Assembly (NCBI GenBank): GCA_038245295.1
Contig: JBBRSP010000011.1
Coordinates: 64,001 to 128,000 of the forward strand
Length of the DNA stretch: 64,000 nucleotides
Direction of reading: 5' to 3'
DNA from: Candidatus Binatia bacterium
Lineage (GTDB): Bacteria > Desulfobacterota > Binatia > HRBIN30
The position numbers and the translations under genes were made by a program. Positions within the stretch are counted from its first letter, which is position 1, and the number at the start of each line of letters is the position of its first letter. A model generated the notes under the pieces. That model saw only the letters and a program-made list of their open reading frames with translations. It ran no database searches and had not been told where the DNA came from. Positions 56,640 through 64,000 of the stretch are shown here, in pieces.

Positions 56640-57959
56640 TCACGGCCAAAACAGGCGATTGGCCTCGTCACGCAATGCATCCTGGAACTGTGGATGAGCA
56701 AGTTCGATCAGCGCCAGAGATCGTTCCCGCTGCGACAGGCCCTGCAGGTTCACCATGCCATATTCGGTGATGACGTAGTCGACGAACGTGCGCGGCACTG
56801 TGACGATGGTGCCAGGGGCGAAGGCCGAGACAATGCGAGAAACGGTTCCTTGCCGCGCCGTCGAGGGGAGCACGTGGATGGCGCGACCGCCGGGTGCGTA
56901 CAAGGCTCCCATGGTCCAGGTCAGTTGGCCGCCCGGGCCCGTGTACATGACCGGACCAATCGATTCCGACGCGACTTGTCCTGTCAGGTCAATCGCTGCC
57001 GCTTGGTTGATGGCCACCAGGTTGCTGATTGAGGCAATCCGCGGCAAGTTGTTGCACCACTCGATGTCGTGCAAGGCGATCTTGTCATTGCCATCGCAGT
57101 ACGCGAAATCAGAACCCGGCACGATGAACGACGCGGTGGCGAGGCCCGGGTGGGAGGTCTTGCACCGACCGTTCGCGACGCCCGACTTGATCAACTCGAC
57201 GCCGGAAGCAACCAGGATCTCGGCGTCAATTCCGAGGTCGTTCTTTTCCTGCAGGTAACCGCCCATGGTTGAGGACAGGGTGCCGGTGCCGATCTGGATC
57301 GTGTCACCGTCGTTCACCAATGTGGAGACGTAGGCGCCGACGACTTCGGTTACCTCGATGCGCTCGGGTGTTAGCTCCGGCAGGGCAACCGGCTGCGGCT
57401 CGTCCTTCTGCGCGACGATCACGTCAAACTCGGACAGGTGGACGCGATTCTCACCGCCGGTGCGTAGGACGTTGCGCCCGACCTCGGCGATGCTGATTTT
57501 GGCCGCCCTCAGCAATTGCTTCGAGTGCCACAGGCTATAGCCAAAGCTCACATACCCTTCGGCGTCGGGTTCCGAGACTAGCGCCATGAAGACGTCGGCA
57601 TTCCAGATGTTGCGGCGCCCACCGGCCTGCACGCGCGAGCCGATGCTGTAGTCGGTGATCGCAAAATCGGCACGCCGCGACTCGATCGGTGGACGAATCA
57701 AGACGCCGATGAAGTCCGTCGCGAAGTCGATGTGGCCTTCCCATCCTGGCTCTGTCGTGGCGAAGGGCAGGGGCGAGCGGGATGCGCCCTGCATGACGCG
57801 CACGCCACGCAGTTCGCCGCGGCGGCGCCCCAACGCGTTGACCAGGGTCAACGGAACGGGACCCATCGGCAGTCGGACGAGATTTCCCGACTCGATGCGT
57901 TGAGCCGCGTCGTCAACGGAGACGAGACGGTCGCGAAACGTATTCTGCCAGCCGCTCAT
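56640..57959 (-). CDS. Acetyl-CoA hydrolase/transferase (4-hydroxybutyrate CoA-transferase-like)
   Basis: DGDTIQIGTG, DLGIDAE, AIN.A..IDLTGQV.SE, GPGGQ, VDYVITEYG, ELAHPQF. Confidence 0.9.
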   Translation of the reverse strand: MSGWQNTFRDRLVSVDDAAQRIESGNLVRLPMGPVPLTLVNALGRRRGELRGVRVMQGASRSPLPFATTEPGWEGHIDFATDFIGVLIRPPIESRRADFAITDYSIGSRVQAGGRRNIWNADVFMALVSEPDAEGYVSFGYSLWHSKQLLRAAKISIAEVGRNVLRTGGENRVHLSEFDVIVAQKDEPQPVALPELTPERIEVTEVVGAYVSTLVNDGDTIQIGTGTLSSTMGGYLQEKNDLGIDAEILVASGVELIKSGVANGRCKTSHPGLATASFIVPGSDFAYCDGNDKIALHDIEWCNNLPRIASISNLVAINQAAAIDLTGQVASESIGPVMYTGPGGQLTWTMGALYAPGGRAIHVLPSTARQGTVSRIVSAFAPGTIVTVPRTFVDYVITEYGMVNLQGLSQRERSLALIELAHPQFQDALRDEANRLFWP

Positions 57960-57977
57960 ACTGCGTCGTGTGTCGAC

Positions 57978-59222
57978 TCAGCCAGCTTTCGCTTGCTTGC
58001 CAAACAAGATTCCGGCGACGCGGCGGATCTGGATCTCGTCGGAGCCTTCGGTGATGCGGTAGCGGCGATGATGGCGATAGATATGTTCGAACGGTTTATG
58101 GCGCGTGTAGCCGATGCCACCGTGCACCTGAATGGCCTGGTCGGCGGCATTCACCGCGAGACGGTTCGCCCGGTAGTTGCACATCGAGACCTTGTCGCTG
58201 ACTTCCATGCGATGCTTCTGATCCATGAGCCAGGCCGTCTTGTAAACCATCGTGCGCACCATTTCACACTCGGTGTGGAGCTCCGCGAGGGGAAACTGGA
58301 TGGCTTGATTGGTCCACAGGGGTTTGCCGAAGACGATGCGCTGCTTGGCGTAGGCGGCGCTCTCATGGACACAGTATTGCGCCACCCCGACGCTGGATGC
58401 GGCCTGGCGAATGCGATTCTCGTGGACGAACGATTGTGCCAACTGGAGGCCGCGGCCTTCCTGGCCAAAGATCGCCGAGTTCGGCACGCGCACATTCTTC
58501 AGTGTCACTTCCGGGTGATCACTCGGCATGTTGAACGTCCACCACATGAAGTCGACGCTGAAGCCAAGGGAAGTCACCGGCACAATGAAGCACGTTATGC
58601 CCTCGGCTTCGCCCGACTTACCGCCGCTGCGCGCGAAGACCAGGTCGTAGTTCGCGGAGTGCAATCCAGAATTGAAGCGCTTTTGGCCATTGATCACCCA
58701 GTCGTTGCCGTCGCGTACCGCCGTGGTCTCGAGCCACGTCGCATCGCTGCCATGGTTTGGTTCCGTGAGGCCAAAGCCGAGCCGGTATGTTCCGGTGATC
58801 ACGCCCGGCAAAAATTCCTTCTTCTGCTCCGCGGAGCCGAACTCCATGAGCATGTGGACGATTGGAAAGTTGCCGACGATCGACGCCTCATTCTGCAAGT
58901 CGTTGTGTAAGCCAAGGCCTTTGGCGGCAAGATGTTCGCGTACCACCGCCATCGCCAGATTGCCGGCGGCCTGTCCGCCGACTTCCTTTGGCAAGGCGTA
59001 CCGGAGATGCCCGGCTGCATCGGCGCGGCGTCGCATCTCGCCGAGTAGCTCCTCCCACTCGTGCCGCGGTTGGCCGTCGTTCTCCCAGTCGGTGCGGGCG
59101 TGTTCGCGCCGATGGTCGAAGAATTGTGGGTGCGCGTCCTCGAGTGGCTTGATCTCGCGTGCGATGAACTCGTCGAGCTCGGTCAGCTTGGCTGTGATCT
59201 CGGTCGGGATCGAAAAGTCCAT
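57978..59222 (-). CDS. Acyl-CoA dehydrogenase
   Basis: FGLTEPNHGSDA, INGQKRF, AIQVHGGIGY, RYRITEGSDEIQ. Confidence 0.95.
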   Translation of the reverse strand: MDFSIPTEITAKLTELDEFIAREIKPLEDAHPQFFDHRREHARTDWENDGQPRHEWEELLGEMRRRADAAGHLRYALPKEVGGQAAGNLAMAVVREHLAAKGLGLHNDLQNEASIVGNFPIVHMLMEFGSAEQKKEFLPGVITGTYRLGFGLTEPNHGSDATWLETTAVRDGNDWVINGQKRFNSGLHSANYDLVFARSGGKSGEAEGITCFIVPVTSLGFSVDFMWWTFNMPSDHPEVTLKNVRVPNSAIFGQEGRGLQLAQSFVHENRIRQAASSVGVAQYCVHESAAYAKQRIVFGKPLWTNQAIQFPLAELHTECEMVRTMVYKTAWLMDQKHRMEVSDKVSMCNYRANRLAVNAADQAIQVHGGIGYTRHKPFEHIYRHHRRYRITEGSDEIQIRRVAGILFGKQAKAG

Positions 59223-59234
59223 GACGTTCTCCCT

Positions 59235-59846
59235 CTACAACGGCGTGCGGCGCAGATCGGATTCTTCCTCTTCGCTGCCGCACGCACTGTGATCGAGCTC
59301 AGCCCGCAGGAACTTGCGAATTTGCTCCGGTGACGGCACCTGCGCGGCGGAGTGGCGCCGCTCGGATTCGGCGCCGGTGAGCAGGGTGACGAGCTTCTCG
59401 AGATCCTGGTGCGCCCCGGAGTCGTCCTTCAACAATTCGTCGCGCACATCGGCACTGGCGTACCAATACATCTGCAGCGGCAGGGCAAATTGATGGGCGA
59501 TTATCGGCACATCGATGGTGCCGTGTTCAATCAGGAATTCCATGTCGCGGTAGAAGTCCATGACCTCGCCAAGCTCATGGCTTGGGTGGCCGCCGAGAAG
59601 GCCATCGGCGGCGACGCCACGCAGGCTCAGCATGCTGTCCGAGTTCCAGTCGGCGTCGAGGCGCCACAGGGATTCGAGGGATGTGTTGAATTCGAGGTGG
59701 GCCGCCTGTTGTTGCATCTGCCGCGCAACCATCAGGGCCACCGCCAGGGCGGCTACTGCCGTGATGCTGGCGGCGAGAGCCGTAATCGCCGCCCAGTTTA
59801 CGCTGCCGGTTTGTGAGAGGAGAGTGCTGCGCTTGCCTAAGCCCAT
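59235..59846 (-). CDS. Hypothetical membrane-anchored protein
   Basis: C-terminal part of ORF 59235..60674; N-terminal TM WAAITALAASITAVAALAVALMVA followed by a soluble helical domain; start approximate. Confidence 0.6.
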   Translation of the reverse strand: MGLGKRSTLLSQTGSVNWAAITALAASITAVAALAVALMVARQMQQQAAHLEFNTSLESLWRLDADWNSDSMLSLRGVAADGLLGGHPSHELGEVMDFYRDMEFLIEHGTIDVPIIAHQFALPLQMYWYASADVRDELLKDDSGAHQDLEKLVTLLTGAESERRHSAAQVPSPEQIRKFLRAELDHSACGSEEEESDLRRTPL

Positions 59847-59986
59847 GGGCGCCGTCGGTATAGAGGAAGGCGCGCGATGCACAAGGCCGGGCCGCCTCTT
59901 GGCGCGCGCCAGGCTTAGGCAGGGGCTTGGGCTCAGGCTGCACCTTCTTTGCCTTCGCCGTTGCCCCCGCCTTCGCTCGCCCATAC

Positions 59987-61108
59987 TCAGGCAGGCTCGG
60001 CGGCGATCATGGCGCCGAGCCTTGCCAGTTGTGGTGTTGCTGCTCCGAGGGTGAACTCGATTTGTTTGAGCCAGAGGAAGTAGCGGTGAATCGGGTAATC
60101 GATGTCGATGCTGATACCGCCGTGGATGTGCAGGCCGGCGTGGCCGATGCGACTGCCGCCTTCGCAGGCCCAGTACTTGGCCGTCGCCACCTCCTTGGGG
60201 GACGGTAGCTCGTCGGCGAGGCGTGAAACCGCTTGGAGCATTGCCACGTTGACTGCCTCGTTGTCGATGAACGAATCGGCCATGCGCTGGCCAACCGCTT
60301 GGAACATGGCGATCGGCTTGCCGAACTGTTTGCGGTTGCTGGCGTACTCCGCCGTTAATCGCAACGCTTCCTGGCAGGCACCGGAAGCGATGGCGCAGTA
60401 GGCGACGGTCACGCGGTCGACGATCCAATTGAGGACCGTTGCGGCCTTGTCGAGCGGCCCGAGCAGGGCATCGCGGCCGACAACCACCTCTTTCAAGTCG
60501 AGGTGAAACTGCCCTTCCCAGTTCATCGGGTCCTGCTGCGTCATGGAAACACCGGCAGCTTTCGGGTCGATGAGGAAGACACCGATTTCGCCGGCGTCGG
60601 TGCGCGCCGCCACGAGCAGGGCCACCGCCCGATGGGCCATCGGGACACACGTCTTCGTTCCGTTGATCTTCCACCCTTCGCCGCTGGGTGTCGCTGTGGT
60701 CGCGGGATGGCGTTCGTCGGTGTTGAGCTCGCTGAGAGCGGCGCCGAGCAAGGTGCGTCCTTCGACGACGCCAGGGAGAAACTTTGACTGCTGCGCTTCC
60801 GACCCGAACCGGGCGATCGGCATGGCACCGCCCACAATGGTTGGAACCAGCGGCAGCAGCGGCAGCTTCTTACCCTGTTGCTCGAGGATGAGACACATCT
60901 CCAGGAATCCGCCGCCGCTGCCGTTGGCGCTTTCGGGCAAGGCGGCGCCGAGAAGGCCCGCCTTGGCTACTTCCGCCCACAAGGCGGTGTCGTAACGATC
61001 GGCGCTGCGCTCGACGGTCTTGAGGCGCTCCAGGGCGCTGTGGTCGCCAAAAATCTGCGCCGCCAGGTTCGACAGCGCTTGCTGGTCTTCGGTGATTGAA
61101 AAATCCAT
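59987..61108 (-). CDS. fadE27: Acyl-CoA dehydrogenase, FadE27/ChsE5-like partner subunit
   Basis: MDFS.TE.Q start, degenerate AALSE flavin motif, R.QFGKPI..FQAV, HIHGGISIDIDYPIHRYFLW.KQ.E..LG; lacks the usual terminal GxxE. Confidence 0.75.
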   Translation of the reverse strand: MDFSITEDQQALSNLAAQIFGDHSALERLKTVERSADRYDTALWAEVAKAGLLGAALPESANGSGGGFLEMCLILEQQGKKLPLLPLVPTIVGGAMPIARFGSEAQQSKFLPGVVEGRTLLGAALSELNTDERHPATTATPSGEGWKINGTKTCVPMAHRAVALLVAARTDAGEIGVFLIDPKAAGVSMTQQDPMNWEGQFHLDLKEVVVGRDALLGPLDKAATVLNWIVDRVTVAYCAIASGACQEALRLTAEYASNRKQFGKPIAMFQAVGQRMADSFIDNEAVNVAMLQAVSRLADELPSPKEVATAKYWACEGGSRIGHAGLHIHGGISIDIDYPIHRYFLWLKQIEFTLGAATPQLARLGAMIAAEPA

Positions 61109-61131
61109 TACGTGTTCTCCGGGTCCTTGGC

Positions 61132-62319
61132 TCAGCTGAAGGCGCGCGGGGCGACCGGCATTCCGAGCCCGAACAGGCAGATCAGGTCGCGCTGCAGCTC
61201 GTTGGTGCCGCCGCCGAAGGTGAGGATGTGGATCGAGCGCATGAAGAAGCCGACCCGACCGTCGGCCACCGCATCCGGGGAGCCGCCGCGAATCGGACCC
61301 GCGGCGCCCATCACTTCCAGCATCAGACGGCATGCTTCGAGGTAGAACTCGGTGCCGAAGACTTTGATCCCCGAGGCATGTGCGGGGCTAATCGGCAGCC
61401 CTTGTTCCGCGCCCCAGGCAATCTTGAAGTTCATCAGGCGCAGAGCATCGAGGCGGGCGTAGATGCGCGCCAGGTTCAGCTGCACCCACTCTTGATCGAT
61501 GACACGTTTGCCGTTGGCAAGGCGGGTTGCCTTCGCCCAGCGGACGGTATCTTCGTAAAGGCCTTCGATCATGCCCGAGCTGCACAGGGTGACACGTTCG
61601 TGGTTGAGCTGATTGGTGATCAGCTTCCAGCCGCCGTTGAGTTTGCCGACCAGATTCGACGCGGGCACGCGCACGTCGTCGTAGAAGGTCTGGTTGGTAT
61701 TCATGTCGCCCATGTTTTTGATCGGCACGCAGCGAAAGCCGGGCGTGTTGGTGGGCACGATGATCATCGAGATGCCCTTGTGTTTCACGGCCTCCGGATC
61801 GGTGCGCACCGCCAGCCAGATGTAATCGGCATCGGTCGCCAGAGAGGTGAAGATCTTCTGACCGTTGATCACCCACTCATCGCCATCGCGCACCGCTTTG
61901 CACTGCAGCGACGCGAGATCCGTGCCGGAGGCGGGCTCGGTGTAGCCGATGGCGAAGTGCAACTCGCCCTTGAGAATCTTGGGCAAGAAGAAGTTCTTCT
62001 GTTCGTCGGTACCGAACTGCATGATCGTCGGCGCCACCGAGTTGACCGTCAGCATCGGCACGGGCGCGCCGGCGCGCATCGACTCGTCGAAGAAGATGAA
62101 CTGCTCGATCGGCGTCATGCCGCGGCCGCCATATTGCTTGGGCCAACCGATGCCGAGCCAGCCGTCGCGGCCCATTTGCAAGACAACCTCGCGGACGATG
62201 GGTCCGACACCTTCACTTCGCCGCACTTCGGCGATGATCTCCGGCGTCAGGAGCTTCTTGTAGTAAGCGCGCAGCTCCTGGCGCAGCGCTTCGTGTTCTT
62301 CACTGTAGGCGAGTCTCAT
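61132..62319 (-). CDS. fadE26: Acyl-CoA dehydrogenase, FadE26/ChsE4-like
   Basis: MG.DGWL..GWPK.YGG, AGAPVP.LT.NSVAPTIM, KLITNQLNHERV, ID.EWVQLNLAR, KVFGTE, ILTFGGGTNE.QRD, as remembered for mycobacterial FadE26. Confidence 0.82.
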   Translation of the reverse strand: MRLAYSEEHEALRQELRAYYKKLLTPEIIAEVRRSEGVGPIVREVVLQMGRDGWLGIGWPKQYGGRGMTPIEQFIFFDESMRAGAPVPMLTVNSVAPTIMQFGTDEQKNFFLPKILKGELHFAIGYTEPASGTDLASLQCKAVRDGDEWVINGQKIFTSLATDADYIWLAVRTDPEAVKHKGISMIIVPTNTPGFRCVPIKNMGDMNTNQTFYDDVRVPASNLVGKLNGGWKLITNQLNHERVTLCSSGMIEGLYEDTVRWAKATRLANGKRVIDQEWVQLNLARIYARLDALRLMNFKIAWGAEQGLPISPAHASGIKVFGTEFYLEACRLMLEVMGAAGPIRGGSPDAVADGRVGFFMRSIHILTFGGGTNELQRDLICLFGLGMPVAPRAFS

Positions 62320-62421
62320 GGTTGGGCTTTCGTCTGAGAAGGGTTCGGGGTGCCGGGTGCCGGTTAGCGAAGGTTCCCGGACCCCGCACCCGCGCATAGT
62401 GTTGGGTCGAGTCAGAGCGGC

Positions 62422-63327
62422 CTAGTCAATTTCCTTGCCGTCCATGCCGGCGTTCTTGCGCGCTTCGGCGACGAGCTTTTCGACGATGGGGCCGAGTTTG
62501 GTCGGATCGTCGACGGGCTTGACGGTCGGACCGCGATGCCAGCCCTCGGCGACGCTCAGGATGTGGCCGGATGATTCGAAGATGCGGCCGCTGACGCCGG
62601 ACGACTCTTTGCTGACGAGCCAGGTGACGATCGGTGCGATCCAGCGTGGATGCATGCGATCCTTCTCTTCCTCGGAGGCTTTGCCCATGCCGAGGTCTTC
62701 GGTCAGGCGGGTCAGCGCCGCCGGCGCGATCGCGTTGACGGTGATGCCGTAGCGGCGCAATTCGCGTGACGCGATGATCGTGAAGCCGGCGATACCGGCC
62801 TTGGCGGCGCCGTAGTTCGTCTGCCCGGCATTGCCGTAGATACCCGACACCGAAGTCGTGTTGATGATGCGCGCGTCGACCGGTTTGCCGGTCGTCTTCG
62901 ATTTCTCGCGCCAGTAGACGGCGGCGTGATGCGCCGGGCCAAAGGTTCCCTTGAGATGAACTTTGATGACCGCGTCCCACTCCGCCTCGGTCATGTTGAT
63001 CAACATCCGGTCGCGCAGGATGCCGGCGTTGTTGACCACGGCGTCGAGCGTGCCGAACGTGTCGACGGCTTGCTGGATCATGTTCTTGGCGCCCTCGAAA
63101 CTCGACACGTCGTCGGCGTTCGAGATCGCTTCACCGCCCGCCGCCTTGATCTCGGCGACGACTTCGTCCGCCGGTCCCGCCGAAGCGCCACTACCATCAC
63201 GCGAGCCGCCGAGGTCATTCACCACGACCTTGGCTCCGTGCTTGGCAAGCATCAGAGAATACTCGCGGCCGATTCCGCGTCCGGCGCCGGTTACGATGAC
63301 CACACGTCCTTCACACAACTTTGCCAT
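62422..63327 (-). CDS. SDR oxidoreductase (HSD17B4/3-hydroxyacyl-CoA dehydrogenase-like)
   Basis: TGAGRGIG, VVVNDLGG, NNAGILRDR, GQTNYGAAK (YxxxK). Confidence 0.93.
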   Translation of the reverse strand: MAKLCEGRVVIVTGAGRGIGREYSLMLAKHGAKVVVNDLGGSRDGSGASAGPADEVVAEIKAAGGEAISNADDVSSFEGAKNMIQQAVDTFGTLDAVVNNAGILRDRMLINMTEAEWDAVIKVHLKGTFGPAHHAAVYWREKSKTTGKPVDARIINTTSVSGIYGNAGQTNYGAAKAGIAGFTIIASRELRRYGITVNAIAPAALTRLTEDLGMGKASEEEKDRMHPRWIAPIVTWLVSKESSGVSGRIFESSGHILSVAEGWHRGPTVKPVDDPTKLGPIVEKLVAEARKNAGMDGKEID

Positions 63328-63480
63328 GGCTTCCTCCTCGATTGGATCGCGGCGGCCGCGAAGGCGACCGAACGCTTGTTTGGCTTAGGCCAGGAGCGTC
63401 GACGAATCAACACGGGCAGCACGCAGAACAGGCCGTCGAGGCTTGCATCGTGCTCGGCGGTCTCGTACAGCCGCGCCACC

Positions 63481-64000
63481 ATGAATCGACTGCTCCAAGT
63501 GGTGCTGACGCTGTGTGTTTTGAGTGCCGCGGTTATGGCGGACGGTTTCGGCGGCCCGCTGCCGGTGCGCAACTACGCGCCGATTCAGCAGCTCTTTTTG
63601 AATCTACCGTTCGAGCGCGCCGTCACGCAGGCGCCGGGAACGTTCCGTCTGTCGATCGAGTCGGTCGAGAGCAACGTCATCTCCACCGAACAAGGGTACG
63701 TCGAGGCGTTGCTGAAGTTCGAGCAGAACCGCACGACGATCGGCGGCGCCTACGGCATCATGCCCGGCTGGGACGTCGGCCTGGATGTCCCGCTGATCTC
63801 GCGGTACGGCGGCTTTCTCGATCCGGTCATTGATAGCGTCGAGGACCTGTTCGGCAGCTTCAATGTCGAACGCAAACGATTTCCCAACAACTCCTACGGC
63901 GGTTTGCATGTCAGTCGGAACGGCCAGCCGCTTTTCCAAGGCCACAAACAGTACCTCGAGCTTGGCGATATCTTCGCCGGCACGAAATACGAGCTCTGGC
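63481..64000 (+). CDS. DUF3187-like exported/outer-membrane protein (3'-truncated; absent from the ORF track)
   Basis: Open frame from ATG 63481 to the window end: MNRLLQVVLTLCVLSAAVMA signal, GPLPVRNYAP, VP.ISRYGGFLDPVID, ELGDI. Confidence 0.7.
   Translation, partial: MNRLLQVVLTLCVLSAAVMADGFGGPLPVRNYAPIQQLFLNLPFERAVTQAPGTFRLSIESVESNVISTEQGYVEALLKFEQNRTTIGGAYGIMPGWDVGLDVPLISRYGGFLDPVIDSVEDLFGSFNVERKRFPNNSYGGLHVSRNGQPLFQGHKQYLELGDIFAGTKYELW

Noticed and set aside
59911..59980. GGCT(T/C)(A/G)-like hexamer run and GCC-rich repeats
   Set aside because: Short, degenerate low-complexity intergenic sequence with no supportable function
59847..60674. N-terminal 276 aa of ORF 59235..60674, suggesting a fusion or frameshift
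   Set aside because: Arg/Pro-rich off-frame read-through of the intact fadE27-like gene; only the C-terminal part looks like a real protein

Overview
GC-rich bacterial chromosomal window, densely coding, with no CRISPR array, prophage, integrase or transposase. Cys-capped dockerin-like domains, PT/TS-rich linkers, a MYXO-CTERM tail and actinobacterial-type lipid catabolism genes suggest a deltaproteobacterial-like organism such as Candidatus Binatia; this assignment is inference. Layout: (1) 1-16 kb has an M20 peptidase, tRNA-Lys(UUU), a TMTC-like O-mannosyltransferase, and mixed hydrolases, oxygenases and regulators with several REP/MITE-like intergenic repeats. (2) 16.4-31.3 kb is a co-oriented cell-surface locus: four large secreted modular proteins (three carrying cohesin-like and/or dockerin-like domains, one of these with a MYXO-CTERM anchor), an acyltransferase, a GT2, a nucleotide-sugar dehydrogenase and two tandem paralogous secreted proteins. 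(3) 31-53 kb has speA, two biotin-dependent carboxylase systems, FadF-like oxidoreductase plus EtfAB, IclR, a formyl-handling operon and a two-component system. (4) 53-64 kb has a cytochrome c/copper monooxygenase fusion lipoprotein, a CoA-transferase, acyl-CoA dehydrogenases including a FadE26/FadE27-like pair, an SDR and a truncated DUF3187-like gene. The best candidate for an undescribed system is the non-cellulolytic, cellulosome-like cohesin-dockerin surface scaffold at 16.4-31.3 kb. All family calls come from reading motifs by eye; no searches were run.
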